Assembly (NCBI RefSeq): GCF_036321535.1
Contig: NC_087436.1
Coordinates: 14,508,001-14,572,000 of the forward strand
Source: Camelus dromedarius
Lineage: Eukaryota
Length of the DNA stretch: 64,000 nucleotides
Direction: 5' to 3'
Made by a program: the position numbers and the translations under genes. Below the pieces are notes generated by a model. The model was not told the DNA's origin. It did not search any database and was given only the letters and a program-made list of their open reading frames with translations. This document shows positions 12,976 through 25,795 of this stretch, piece after piece. Each line of letters starts with the position of its first letter. The stretch's first letter is position 1.

Positions 12976-13710
12976 TATGTATCTTCAAGATTTTAAAATT
13001 CAACCAATAATCCGTATTAAACACCTACTACGTGCCAGGCAGAGTGCTAAGTGCTAAGTACACTACAGCACACAAGACAAGCAAGACTGCTGTCCTTGAC
13101 GTAAGCTGTGGAACTGTCAGATATCCAGTACCCAGCAACAGCAGAGTTTCCAAGGCGACAAGTACTGTCCCTGTTATGCTGAAGGCCTTCTCTTTCTTCC
13201 CTGAGAAAATCATTTGTTTACATCATCAACTATGAGGAGAGCAATGGTACCCACAAATGATTTACCATGCTCCCAACTGACCAGTTCCCTCTGGTTAGTG
13301 TAACAGGCATGAGTCCTGGTTCACAATGTAGATCCGTTCTAATTCTTGACTACAGAATTTGATGAAGCATTGACAGGAAACTGCCCCCAAAGGTGATCTC
13401 CACCTATTTACTTAGCACATTTGGATCTTTCTTCCTACCAAATGGCTAATCTATATAAATTTATTTTGCCTATAGTCAGTAATAAAACCTACAATTGTAG
13501 TTAAACTTCCAAAAAATAATATATGAATCACCAATAATATTGATGCGAATGAAAATACAAGGATCCTCTGAGTCATCAGCTGGTTTCTTCCCCTGAGATA
13601 GGCAAGATGCATCTCGCATGTGCTAGATTTCATTGGATTCACAAAATAAGGAATCTAATTCCAGGCTCAAGTCAGTTCTATTTCATTTAAAAATATTTCA
13701 TGTTTTAACA

Positions 13711-13840
13711 GGGGAGGGTATAGCTCAGTGGTACAGTGCGTGCTTAGCATGCACAAGGTTCGGGGTTCAATCCCCAGGACCTCCATTAAAAATAAACCAA
13801 TAAATAAAGATTGAATTACCATCCCTCCCAAAAATTTTTT
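13711..13840 (+). mobile_element. tRNA-derived SINE (Vic-1-like)
   Basis: ggggagggtatagctcagtggtacagtgcgtgcttagcatgcacaaggttcggggttcaatccccagg, with Pol III A box (TAGCTCAGTGG), B box (GGTTCAATCC) and an A-rich tail. Confidence 0.93.
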
Positions 13841-16034
13841 AAAATTTCATGCTGTAAGTTATTTATTTATTTATTATTTTTCACTTTAGATGGAACTAAA
13901 GAGAGGGATCTCCATTATAATTCATAATAGTTTTAAGTTTTCAGTGAATGCAGGGCATAATTTACCCTAATTGAAGGTATTTATCTTCTGAAAGACCAGA
14001 TAATGCTAAAAATAGAATATGCTACCAAACAAAGCAGCATTACGTATACCATTAGAAACAATACTGCTAAGAACATGAAAATGTGTAACAAGCAGATCAA
14101 TGGGTTATGTTAGGTTTCTTTTTTTCTCTTTAAGCCTTGAGGTTTTCTGTCCTATAAGGTATATTTACCGAGTCATGAGAACCAAACCGGTTTTAACCAG
14201 ATTAGATAATAGACTACATATGATGATATCATGATGCCTGAAGAAATGAACTGGATAATTAAATCTCTGATTAACGCACGAACACAATGGTAATACTGAG
14301 ATACCCTACTCGTCACTAAATACTTTCATGGATTTTATTTTAAATTCTGAGGCCCACAAAAGAGGACTGTCAAAGTGGTTATTAAATCACAAAGAACATG
14401 AACGCCCACAAACAGACAGTTCTTTTCATCCCTACTGCAAGGAAGAAATCTTTAACTGAAAGATAGGAAACCCTGGAAAGGGGCTTTATATGATATATTA
14501 ATTTTATATCAAGAATGTGCATCTGTTTATGACCAAAAAAAATCTATACCGAGGATAAGAAGGGGACACGATTTCAATTATTCAGGTTGATTATTATTAG
14601 TATAAAAAAGAACATTTTAAAATGATACATATTTAAGATAATAGCTTGTTTTTTCCCTTGTGGTCTATTGTCACATGCAGGATGCAGCTGAAGTTCTTTG
14701 TCTTGGAGACAATCTGTATTCTTTTTGCTTACAGACCTGTTATATATATATTTTTCCCTCATTAGTCTTCTATCCTTAGATGTCTTAATCATGGCTGCTG
14801 TTTTCTTTCCCTCCTTTAATGAGGGAAATAATACACGGAAGGAGAGAAATCTGTGGTCAGATGAGAGGGTGCCTAGGACCTGCCCAGCGCTGGGAGAGGT
14901 GCTGCAGGGATGTGGGGTGCTGAGTCTTTTCCTTTAGGCAGAGGGGAAATGAGCCAGTGCCACCTGGGGTCATCACTGGAGCCCAAGGCTCAGGGAAAAT
15001 CAGTCATACAGATCCTGTCTGTATTTAAAATTCTGATATCGTCAAATATCATTATCCATGTTTTGCATTCATTTTGATTTTTAATATGTTTACCTAAACT
15101 ATTATATAATATAAATATTGTACAGAGAAAAACTATTCAATCTGTACTAGACATGTACATGCTGTAAGACATGTATTTTAAAAGGTGGTTGGAATATTCT
15201 AGGTTAAAAAAGACTAAAGAGATAACCAAATGCAAAAGTGAAAATTGTTTGGGTACTGATCTGAAAATACTTGATTACTGAGTTTTTTGGTGCTCTCTTA
15301 AAATTTGTATCTCAGGTGAGGGCCTCCTTTGCCTCCTCCTCTTCCCAGCCTGGAAACTGACAACAGGGGTGGTGCAAACCACAGGCTGGACGGTCTCAAG
15401 GGGAGGAAGACACACCTTTGCTGAGAGTCATCAGCAAAGTTTTCAGAAGAAGCCTTAAGAGGTGAGTGGAATTTCTGCCCCACCAGGGACAGGTGAAGGG
15501 AGAGGGGAGCACATGTGAACAGCAGGCATCTTAAGCAGAAAGAACGTGAAGGACGTGGGCACCAGCAGTGCAGGCATGAGGTCTGCAAATCACAGGCTGG
15601 CCAGTCAATCTGGGAGTGGGCTGTGTATCAGGTAGTAACTAGAGAAAAAGCTGAAAAGAGAAATTTAGATCCTTCTGTGAACTGCTTCTACGTTTAATTC
15701 AGGAGGCAATGGGGAGCTACTGAGAATTTTTTCTTTTGGTTTTTAAATTAAAATGCATTTTCAATGTTTCCTTAAATGATTTTCAGGCACTTTCATAGAA
15801 GTAGTTTAAAACTTAAAATGCATTTTTGCTATTGTTCAAGATATATGCCTCTCCTAAATGCTGTGTGAAATGATAGGAGTGAAAACAGGATATCAGAGAA
15901 ATTTAGAAGCAAGTAGGACAAAGCCTTGGTGACTGATAGTGAGCACAATTCCTGTGCAGCCTGATTTTTCCATGATAGTTGCAATCCAAAATTTTCTGTC
16001 CTATTATTTTCATTAGTACATTCTGTCTCCCCCA

Positions 16035-16325
16035 CCAGCTTTTTAACAGCTTTGTTAGGTTGCAATTGATATACAATAAATGGCTCATATTTAAAATGTA
16101 CAGTTTATCAGTCTGACATATGCACACAACTGTAAAACCATCACTGCAATCAAATAATGCACATATCTTCACCCCAAAAGTTTCCTCAGAATCCTTTGCA
16201 ATCCAGCCCTCCTTCCTCTCACCTCTGCCCTCTTTCCCAGGGAACCACTGATTGCCTTTCCATCACCATAAATTAGTTTGCATTTTTCAGAATTTTACGT
16301 ATATGAAATTATGCAATATGTATTG
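16035..16325 (-). mobile_element. L1MB/MD-like 3' end
   Basis: acagctttgttaggttgcaattgatatacaataaa…aaaatgtacagtt…aaccactgattgcctttc. Confidence 0.8.
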
Positions 16326-16339
16326 AATATAATACATTC

Positions 16340-16755
16340 TGCAAGATGCATTTTTAAAAGGTGGAGGAATGTTCTAGACTAAAAGAGACTAAAGAGCCAT
16401 AACAATGAAACGCAATGGGTGAAATTTGATTGGATGCTGGTATGAAAATACTAAAGACAACTAGGGAAAATCTGAATTGGACTGGATACTACATGACACT
16501 AGGGAATAACTATCAGTTCTCTTGGGTGTGAAACTTGTATCTTTTTGTAGAGGAATATCCTAACATTGCATTTAAGTGTAAACTGTCATGGTTTCTGCAA
16601 TTTACATGCTAATAATTCAGGAAGATAATTAAATAAAGCCATATGTCAATATCTTAACAACTGTTGAATAAATCTACATTGTGGGTACAGAGGTGTTTAT
16701 AAAAGTTCTTTTCAATTTCTTAGCATGTTTGAACTTTTTTAATAATAAAAGTTGA
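16340..16755 (+). mobile_element. L1ME-like 3' end
   Basis: ggaatgttctagactaaaagagactaaagag…tgtttgaactttttttaataataaaa. Confidence 0.65.
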
Positions 16756-16919
16756 GGAGGAGGGGAAGGACAGAAAATTAAATACTGAGATTCTCCTGGA
16801 AAATCTAGGCTATAATCAATCACCATGTTTTTTTTTTCCTACTTCCAAATCTCTCACTGATATCCTCTGTATACTCAATCTCATCACCCCACCCCTGATT
16901 TGAAATTAACATATATCTC

Positions 16920-18820
16920 AACCAAGAGCAACAGTGAATCTTGACCTTCACTTCACATCATATATAAAAATTAATTTAATGACCATAGACCTAAATGTAT
17001 AAGCTAAAACTATAAAATTTCTAAAAGAAAACAGAGAAGTGTAACATAGTGACCTTGAGTTTCACAAAGATTTCTTAAATATAACATAAAAAGCTTAAAC
17101 TATAAAAGAAAAAAATCAATAAGTTGGATTTCATAAAAATTAAAATATAAATTAAAATCACAACGAGATACCACTCACTACACACCTGATAGAATGGATA
17201 AAATTAGAGAGACTGATGACAACAAGTGTTGGGAAGGATGTGGAGCAACTGGAACTCTCAATGTACTGCTGTGGAATGCTAAATGGTAAAACCACTTTGG
17301 AAAACAATTAAACAACCTCTTAAAAAGTTAGACATGTACCAACCAAATGACTCAGCCATTCAATACTTAGATGTTGACCCAAGAGAAATGAAAGCACTTG
17401 CCCAAATAAAAACTTGTTCACAAATGTTCATATTAGCTTTATTTGTAATAGCCAAAACAGAGAGTAACTCCAATATCCATCAACCGGTGAACAGATAAAC
17501 AAATTGTAGTATACTACACAATGGAATTCAGCAACAAAAAAGAATGAATTGTTGATACAGGAGAAGGAAAAAATATCCTCTAAATAATTATGCAGGAGAA
17601 AACCTACATAACCTTGCGTATGGCAATGACTTTTTAGCTATAACACCAAAAGCATGATCAATGAAATAAATAATAAACTTTAGTTCATCAAAATAAAAAA
17701 TGTCTGTCAAAGACAACGTCAAGAGAATGAGAAGACAAGGCACAGACTGTAACAAAATATTTGCAAAAGACACATCTCATAAAGGACTCTTATCCAAAAC
17801 ATACAAAGGACTAATAAATTTCAACAATAAGAAAAACAACCAGGTTAAAAAAATGATCTGAAGACCTTAATAGACACCTCACCTAAAGAGATACACAGAT
17901 AGCAAATATGCATATGAAAAGATGTTCAACATCATATGTCATCAGGGAATTGCTAGTTGAAACAACGAGATACCACTACACATGTATTTAGAATGGCCAA
18001 AATCTGGAACACTGACAACACCATGTGCTGGCAAGGATGTGGAGCAACAGGAACTCTCATTCATTGCTTGTGGGAACGCAAAATGGCATAGCTACTTTGG
18101 AGGACAGTTTGATGGTTTCTTTACCATATGCTCTAGCCATTGTATTCCATGGTATTTACCCACAGGAGTTGTAAATTTATCTTCACACAAAAACCTGCAC
18201 AAAGATATTTATAATAGCTTCATCCATAATTGTCAAAATCTGAAAGCAACCAAGATGTCCTTCAGTAAGTGAGTGGTTAAGTAAACTGCTGAACATCCAG
18301 AGAATGGAGTATTACTCAGGGCTAAAAAGAAATGACCTATCTCACCATGAAAAGACATGGAGGAATCTTAAATGAGTATTACTAAGTGAAAGCAGCCACT
18401 TTGAAAAGGCTATATGCTGTCTGATTCCAACTATATGACATTCTGGAAAAGGTAAAACTGTGGAGACAGTAAAAAGATTGGTGGTTGTCAGGATGTAGCA
18501 GAGAGAGCAGAATGAATAGGTGAAGAACAGAAGATTTTAGGGCAGTGAAATAATTCTGTATGATACTATAATAGTGCATATGTGTCGTTATACATTTGTC
18601 CAAACCTATAGAATGTATGACACTAAGAGTGGACCTAACATCATCTCTGGACCCTGGTGGGGGATGTTGATAATGGGGGAGGCTATGCATGTGTGAGGGC
18701 AGGGGATGTATGAAGGAATCTCTGTATCTTTCTCTTGATTGTGCTGTGAACCTAGAACTGCTCTAAAAATAAAGTTGAATTAAAAAAAACATGCCAAGTG
18801 AAAGCAGCCAGACAAAAAAA
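16920..18820 (+). mobile_element. Nested L1s: an older ORF2 remnant (~16920-17590, resuming ~18790) interrupted by an L1MC1-like 3' portion (~17595-18785)
   Basis: Two successive ORF2 C-terminal remnants; the ORF 17283..17498 peptide resembles L1 ORF2. L1MC-type 3' UTR ends gaacctagaactgctctaaaaataaag. Confidence 0.85.
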
Positions 18821-19439
18821 ACTTCTTTGATTATTTCCCTATGGTGGTGTTTAACTTAGATCTCAATGCTTTGGAAGTTAAGTCTAAAAGCTTGATTTAT
18901 TTTTGGCAAGAATACTTCATAGATCGTGCTGTGTAATTCATATTGCATCACATGAGGAGGTAAATAGATTGTTCCACTGCGTAATACTACATGTGATCAT
19001 TTGGTTAAGGTGGTGATTGCCAGATCTCTCCTCCAGGAAGGTATATTTTTTCCTTTGCAATTAGCAAGTGATCTATGGGCTGTACATTAGCAACAAGTGA
19101 GTATCTCGTCTGCACTAATCGTCTCCTAACATTTGTGTCCACTGATAATCCTTGCCTGAACTGATTATTTTATTTTAAAAAACTTATTTTAAAGCATTAA
19201 TTTTAAAATTCTATTATTATTTCTCAGTGAATTAGCTGGCTTCCTTCCTAATCAACTGAGACTGAAAAGTTTTTGAATGGAACAACTTTCCCATGTTTAT
19301 TTCCCTTGACAAATCATGCTCATCCTTCATGGTTCTGCTCAGTGAGCCCCTCTTTGAAATCCTAACCTCCTTCTCCTTCCTAACTTCCTAACTACAGATG
19401 CTAAGTGTTTTCAAGCCATGTTGCAAATATTACATTTTT

Positions 19440-19710
19440 TTTCATTCACTCACTCATTCAAAAATACTTACTGTTTCCATGCCATGTTCTAGGCACTGTT
19501 CTAGGAATGGGGCACATAGTAGTGAATAAATCAGATGAAGTCTCTGGCTTATATTGTAGTGTATATGTTGGGGGGAGGCTATAAATAAATAAATATAAGC
19601 ATAAGAGAATGCCAGGTAGAAATACTAGTGTAAAGGGGGGAAAAAAGCAATGGAAGAAGGAAGGGTAATGATGGGGCATGTGTTATTTTAGGTAGGAAGT
19701 CCAGGAAGGT
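19440..19710 (+). mobile_element. L2 terminal fragment (read on + strand)
   Basis: ttcattcactcactcattcaaaaaatactta…tgttctaggcactgttctagg. Confidence 0.7.
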
Positions 19711-19716
19711 ATAGCT

Positions 19717-21560
19717 GACAGCCATTAACACCCTGCCCGCATTCCCTAAGCACTCTGGAACGATCCAGTCCAAGCTAACCTTACTGGATGCACCTGTAAC
19801 TCACTGCCTGTGGCCTGAGGGCTTCTCTCTATCTGTTTTTGTGACAGGCCCATGCTTGAGGAAAAGCCCTCAGCCAATGGCCAACAGGAGTTGAAGGACA
19901 AACATCCCGCTTCCCTGGCCCCTTGGGTGGGACAGCTCTGATGCGAGATCCCTGCTTCCCAGAGGGTCCCTGCAGGTTGAGCCCCTGCTGTCCTCAGCAG
20001 TACGCTGCTCACTAAAGTGCTCTGTATTGTTTCCTTCCCTCTGCGCTCTGACTTCTCCACTCCTCTACCACTGCTTCCTGGCACCGCATTTTACTCTTCC
20101 AGCATACCAACTGCACTCAGGTCCTTAGGTTTTGGAGGGACACAGCCTAAGCCAGTAGGTCCTAGAAGTGATGCCAGGAAGGAGACCCTCAGAATAGGAT
20201 TCTAGAATTGGATCACTTGCTGATCAGATGGCAACTGAGACCCTGTTACTGTTGGTAAGGGAGGTCACAGTCATGTCCGGCGTGGTGTAGCATCACTGTT
20301 ACGAGTCTTACCTGGGCTGAACTGGGCCGGTGCGCAGGTGTAAGGAAAGTTTGGCCAATAGAATAGCTCTTGACCCAAATTGGGGCGAAGGCAATGATTA
20401 GGATTCCGGAGTTGGTTTGTTGTTGTCAACCACTGGAGGAGCCATGAGAAAAGGGAAAAACAGGCTCAGATCAGGTAATGATTAATTTAGAACCTGGGTT
20501 GAAAGGAAGCCAGAAATCTTCCATGGCCTCTTTTAAAGGGGATCTCATCTCCTGCAGACAGAGGGTGGGCTGAACTGAAAAATAAGACCTCAGATTTGAT
20601 CTTAAGTACAGCAGAACTAAAGAGGAGGTTGAGTTCACAGCCCAGAGGTTTCTTATGCTGAAGTCAGGGATGTGAAAGGAAAGGAGAGGGGCACTGGCAC
20701 CTCAGGTGGGGATATTTGGGTAGATAGGACTCAGGACTTAATTCCCTAGCTTTCTCTGAAGAATCTGAGCCAGAATTCTCAGCAGCTCTACCTCTTACTG
20801 GAGGAAACCGGTCTCCAATTGCCTGGAGATTGTGCAAAGGGCTCACCTAGGGCAGATTCCTTGCAAGATGATGCTTGTCTGTAAGATCTTTCCTTGCCTC
20901 TTTTTATTGCTCCTAGACCAATAATTAGAAGACTTATTATGAGCCAAGTAGAGAAATAGTCCTGTGTGATGAAAGAGATTATTCACCCAAAGCACTGCAG
21001 GACCTGGCAGTGTTAATGCACCAGCAGGAACTGGGAGAATTTGCTTGGAAATGGAATGAAAGGTGCTGGATCAGGGAGGGCAGACTGTAAGTCAGTGACT
21101 GAAGACTTAATATCTTGGTAGAATGCCTGGAACTATACCTAGTGCATTGCAGGAATAGCTCCTTGAAACTTGAAAACAATGATGAGATGGAGATGCTGGA
21201 ATTTCTTAGAAGAAAGATGAGAAAGGGGTAAAAATATTCAAACAGGGGAGATTTAAGAATGCATTTATTTTGTAATACCAGAGAATCCACCAAACACTAC
21301 CATGTCACCATGTTCCCTGGGAGGGTTCGGAGGGCACTGTCTTCACTAAAATAAGGAATGTGCTAGTACATTCTGAGAACTCAGAATTGCTTGTCCTCTA
21401 GATTAAGATTGTTGCCCCATAGTCAATGGGAATAGCAGGATTCAAGGGGCCAGGTTGGCAGTACTAGACCCTCAGAGGCAACAGGGATGCACTTATGGTC
21501 ACATACATCAACCTGAATAAATCTTAGGGACCTAAGATGGGGGTGGGAAGTGGGTCCTAG
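19717..21560 (+). mobile_element. Ancient ERVL: LTR16-like LTR (~19717-20154) plus adjacent internal (ERV3-16A3_I-like) remnant
   Basis: LTR16-like motifs (gccctcagccaatggcc…gggtgggacagctctga…gaggtccctgcagg), LTR end …agcctaagcca, then gaccctcagaataggattctagaattggatcac typical of the ERVL internal start. Confidence 0.7.
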
Positions 21561-21606
21561 AAGAACTCATGTTATTCAGATTTTTAAAACATGTGAAGTG
21601 AAAATG

Positions 21607-21609
<3 letters not shown>

Positions 21610-21647
<38 letters not shown>

Positions 21648-21682
21648 AAGTGTGTGTGTGTGTGCGTGTGAGAGAGAGAGAG
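21610..21682. repeat. (GA)n-(TG)n-(GA)n compound microsatellite
   Basis: Directly visible. Confidence 0.95.
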
Positions 21683-21866
21683 AAATTCACCTGCCTTTCC
21701 CTCATCTAATGTGGCTTCCTGAGAGGCAACCATTTTCAAGTCTTTAGGTGTTTTTCCCCTTCATATTTGCATCTAAATAACATGCTGATATAGATGTCAT
21801 GATTTTTCAAACCAAGACATCATCTATGAAGTTTCTGTTATTAAAGATGAGGTTTAATTATCTATG

Positions 21867-21878
21867 TGCACACATACA

Positions 21879-21912
<34 letters not shown>
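21867..21912. repeat. (CA)n microsatellite
   Basis: Directly visible. Confidence 0.95.
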
Positions 21913-23051
21913 GCACTATCCCACACCTTTCCTTTTACAATTTTATCACAATCTGTGATAATTTTCTTTTTTCCGTATTGTCTCAGTTTTCTCCAGGTTC
22001 ATTTCTTTTTTGCTTTCATATTAGACTTTCCTCAAATGTCTGGTGATCCTTGGCTGTCCATTCATAAGAAAAAGCCTTTTTCCACTTTACCCTGCGCCCA
22101 TGCCTTCAGGGGTGACTAGTGACTTCCATTTTTGACATTTTCTAGGGTTTCACATGAGGGATTAGCTGGTTATTGCTGGACACTCTGCTGCAGGAACTTA
22201 GGTTTCGCTCCATTTTTCCTTAGTTACTCTTTGTCTATCTACTTTCTATCTTCTAGAATTTCCTGACATCTCCTCTCTGCTGTCATTTTGTCTCCTGTTC
22301 TCTTCGTACTTTTTATGCTTTTTTTTTATTCCTTTACTATTATTTTCGGGGCTTTTGAGAGGAAGTGGAGACAAACACAGGTTTTTAAACCATAGTCTAC
22401 ACTTTTTTTTAAAGGAACATTTATTTTCATTTATTTTTAATTTATGTAAGTGGTTGTTAACATTCTCATTTTTGGGTGGGGACATTGAGTCTTTTTTATT
22501 TTTACATTTCTAATTTTGATTTCTCTTGGGTTTTTATTATTAGTCAATAAGTAATGGTTAGTATCAGCTCAATGCAAATGAATAAAAATATCCCTATTTT
22601 TCTAGTTGCCTCTGTCAAAGCCTCTTTTACATTGAAAACCTTATGAGTAAAATGTTATGAATGTTATGAATAAGAAGAGTAATAAAACATTTCTTACTTA
22701 AGTATCACATCTGAAGACGTTTGTGCTTAGAGCAAGGTGAGGAGGGTGTACACACGGGTGAAGGACATATGTGGAGTCACACGGAGGATGGCCCCGCATG
22801 TGGTACAAAGCCTGTGCAGGGAGAGGCAAGGATCTGTGCAGGGCGGGGTGGGGAACAACACAGATCCCAAACAAGGTGAAGGGTGTGGGGTGGCCTGTGT
22901 TGAGGCGGGTGAGAGAGTGTTGACCTGTGTGGATGTCAGGGCACCGGGGTCTGAGTACAGGCAGGGCATCCTCATGGGAAGGGGGCAGGGACAGTGGTGC
23001 AGGTTTGATTATATGCTAAGGGACTGATCAGGTAAGTAAATATAATAAGGG

Positions 23052-23192
23052 GGGGAGGGTGTAGATCAGTGGTAGAGTTTGTGTTTAGCATGAACGAGAT
23101 CCTGGGTTCAATCCCCAGTATCTCTGCTAAAAAAAACAGTTTAAAAATAAACAAACAAATAAATAAACCTAATTACCCACCCCTACCCAAAA
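23052..23192 (+). mobile_element. tRNA-derived SINE (Vic-1-like) with TSD
   Basis: ggggagggtgtagatcagtggtagag…cctgggttcaatccccagta. TSD TAAGTAAATATAATAAGGG (23033-23051) / TAAGTAAATATATTAAGGG (23193-23211). Confidence 0.93.
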
Positions 23193-23211
23193 TAAGTAAA
23201 TATATTAAGGG

Positions 23212-24560
23212 TAATGAGAGCCAGGATTCTCACCGTTGGAGAATGAAGCCATAAACATGGAAAGGGAAAACTGGAGTATACCTTCAGGATTAGAATTAGA
23301 AGTTACCAGTGTGAACTCATAGATTGCAATGTATCTATATCTATATGGCATCAATATTGACATACAGACGTAAATGTGTATGTGTGTGTGTGTTATGTGT
23401 TCCCTAGCTCCATCCGTCAAGGGAAGCCTGAGAGCTGTGAATTCAAACTCCAACCAGCAGACCTCCTCAAGTTGTGGATTCTATATACCATGTGCCATGT
23501 AAAGGAACCAGGGCTTTTGGTAGGGTGCAAAATTAAGCATATAAAAATACAGCAAATATTTAGTAGACAAGAAATTATTGCATGGGACATGACTCCACTA
23601 AATATTTATTCATTATTTACCTGAAATTCATATTTAACTGATTAACCTCTACTTTATTTGGTAACCCTATTCCTGGGAGAAATGACCACTTGCAACACTG
23701 GGGCAGGGAAGGACAACATGAGCCTGGAACATTCTGTTGTGCTAGAAAAAAAGAAAATACTCATCGACTGATGGGACAGAACGACACAAGAGCCAATTTG
23801 AAGGGGTTCCCAATGGCCAAAAAAGGGACAATGTAAGCATCAAAATAAATAATAACATAACAGATTATAACCCCCTGAGCAAAATAGGAAACCATGAGCC
23901 CATATTGATATAAATAAGAGTAAAACGAAAGCTTGAAAAGGAATAAGATATTTATTTAGATCTAAAGTATTTCATTACAAAAGTAATACCTGTTAATTCC
24001 AAATGGAAAAAATAGTAACTTTATTTTGGAGTTCTTTCACTGTGGAGAAGCCTGGCAGGCACCATTTTAATCAAGAGATTAAAGTGTACAACATCAGTAA
24101 TGGGACAATTTGAAACAGCGTTTTTTGGAAGGATATTCCATAAAACAACTAGCTGCAATCTTCAAAAGTATCAAGGTCATGAAAATCAAAGAAAGACTAA
24201 AGAAGCATTTCTGACTAAAGGACACTAAAGAGATGTGACAATTAAATGCAATACACATTCTGAAGGGTATCTTTTTTTTTTTTTTTTTTTTTTTTGCTAT
24301 AAAGGATATTACTGGGACAACTGATGAAATTTAATAAAGGTCTCAGGATTGGGTAATATGAATGATCCATGTTTACTTCCTGATTTTGATGGCTGTGTTG
24401 TGATTATGTATGCGGGAGAGTGACCGAAGCACCCTGTTAAGTATTTGGGGGTGTCGGGGCATCAGGTTAGTAACACATTCCCAAATAAGGGTTCAAGATA
24501 AAAAAGTTCTTTATACTGTACTAATCTTCTGTAAGTTTCAGATTGTTTTAAACTAAATAA
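23212..24560 (+). mobile_element. L1MC4-like 3' region
   Basis: atgagagccaggattctcaccgttgga…gtggagaagcctggcaggcacca…gactaaaggacactaaagagatgtgacaattaaatgcaa…ctgtaagtttcagattg. Confidence 0.75.
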
Positions 24561-24922
24561 AAATAATACTTATTTGTGGTTTTAAAAGGGAAATGAATAA
24601 TCATTCTTACACATGGGTCTAAAAAAAGAGCTTAAAATGTCACTAATAAGATGTGTTTTGCGAAGAAGATGTAAGAGATTAAAAGCCATCCATATGGAGA
24701 TCACAAATTAATTTATTAAAAATGATCCTGAAATTACATTGCTAGAATTTCTAAACTGCAAGAAGCCAAAAAGAAAGTTCTACGTATTACTGATATTTGC
24801 ATGCCAAGCATTGGGGAAATTGCTATTTAAAACAAAAACTATGGTAGCAATTTCTGTGGTTTATAACACTGGCATTTCATCTCGGGTAGATGTGCTTCTT
24901 AAGAAAAACATTTTTTTCAGGG

Positions 24923-25305
24923 TGTTATGGACTGAATGTTCACATGTTGAAATCCTATTCTGCCCCTCCTCTGCCTTTTCCCTCTTGTAAGGTGCTAAAT
25001 GGTATTAAGAGGTGAGGCCTTTGGGAGGTGATCAAAATTGGATGAGGTCATGAAGATGGAGCTCTCCTGAATGGGATTAGTGACCTTATAAGAGTTAGGA
25101 GAGAGATTGCTGCCCTCTGCTCTCCATCACATGAGGACACAGTGAGAAGTCAGCAGTCTGCAACCTGGACAAAGGCTCTACCTGGCCATGCTGCCACCCT
25201 GATCTCAGACTTCCAGCCTCCAGAACTGTGGGGAATAAATTTCTGTTGTTTGTAAGCCACCTAGTCTATGGTAAATTGTTACAGCAGTCAGAACAGACTA
25301 ACACA
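24923..25305 (+). mobile_element. MaLR solo LTR (MLT1A-like)
   Basis: tgttatggactgaatg…gcctttgggaggtgat…gacttccagcctccagaactgtg…aataaatttctgttgtttgtaagccacctagtctatggta…gactaacaca. Confidence 0.9.
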
Positions 25306-25309
25306 AAGC

Positions 25310-25795
25310 GTGTCAGACCCTGTTAATTTTCTACTCCTTGTCTATTCTTCCTGCCTTCCTTAGTTACAGAACGCCAACCTCACTTTGGGCAACAATGCCC
25401 AGCTAGAACAGTCCTCAGCCTTCTTTAGATCTAGCTGTGGCCCTCAGACACCTCTATCAACGAGACCTAAAGAGAAGTGTGCTGGAAACATGGGGATCAG
25501 CTTTTCCTCCCATGGGCATCACCCTTTCCCCTTCTTCCCGGTCTGCAGTCTGGATGTGATTCTGGAGGAAATGCTGCCTCATTAGGCAACAGGCTTGATG
25601 ATAAAAATCAACACGACATGGATGGCAATGGTGGCAAGGGAAGAAAAACAGCCCGGGTACTTGATGGCCTTACTGAGCTGCTGCGCCAACTTTGGACTCC
25701 CTGCTAGTGGAGTTTTTAATTAAGAGAAACAGTAAACCCTCTACATGTTTATGCCAGTTGGGTTTTCTGTTATTTGCATCTGTATACAGTATTAA
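25310..25795 (+). mobile_element. Older MaLR LTR (MLT1J/K-like)
   Basis: ccagctagaacagtcctcagccttc…gtttatgccagttgggttttctgttatttgca. Confidence 0.5.

Noticed and set aside
13711..13785. tRNA gene-like sequence (also at 7250-7327, 23052-23125, 27620-27693 and 47668-47741)
   Set aside because: These are SINE heads: diverged copies with a shared non-tRNA tail, A-rich ends and TSDs.
17283..18272. ORFs with L1 ORF2-like peptides
   Set aside because: Fragmented, frameshifted retrotransposon remnants, not genes.
22730..23030. G-rich block with overlapping ORFs
   Set aside because: No splice or domain support. It adjoins an old L1 region and is probably decayed repeat sequence.
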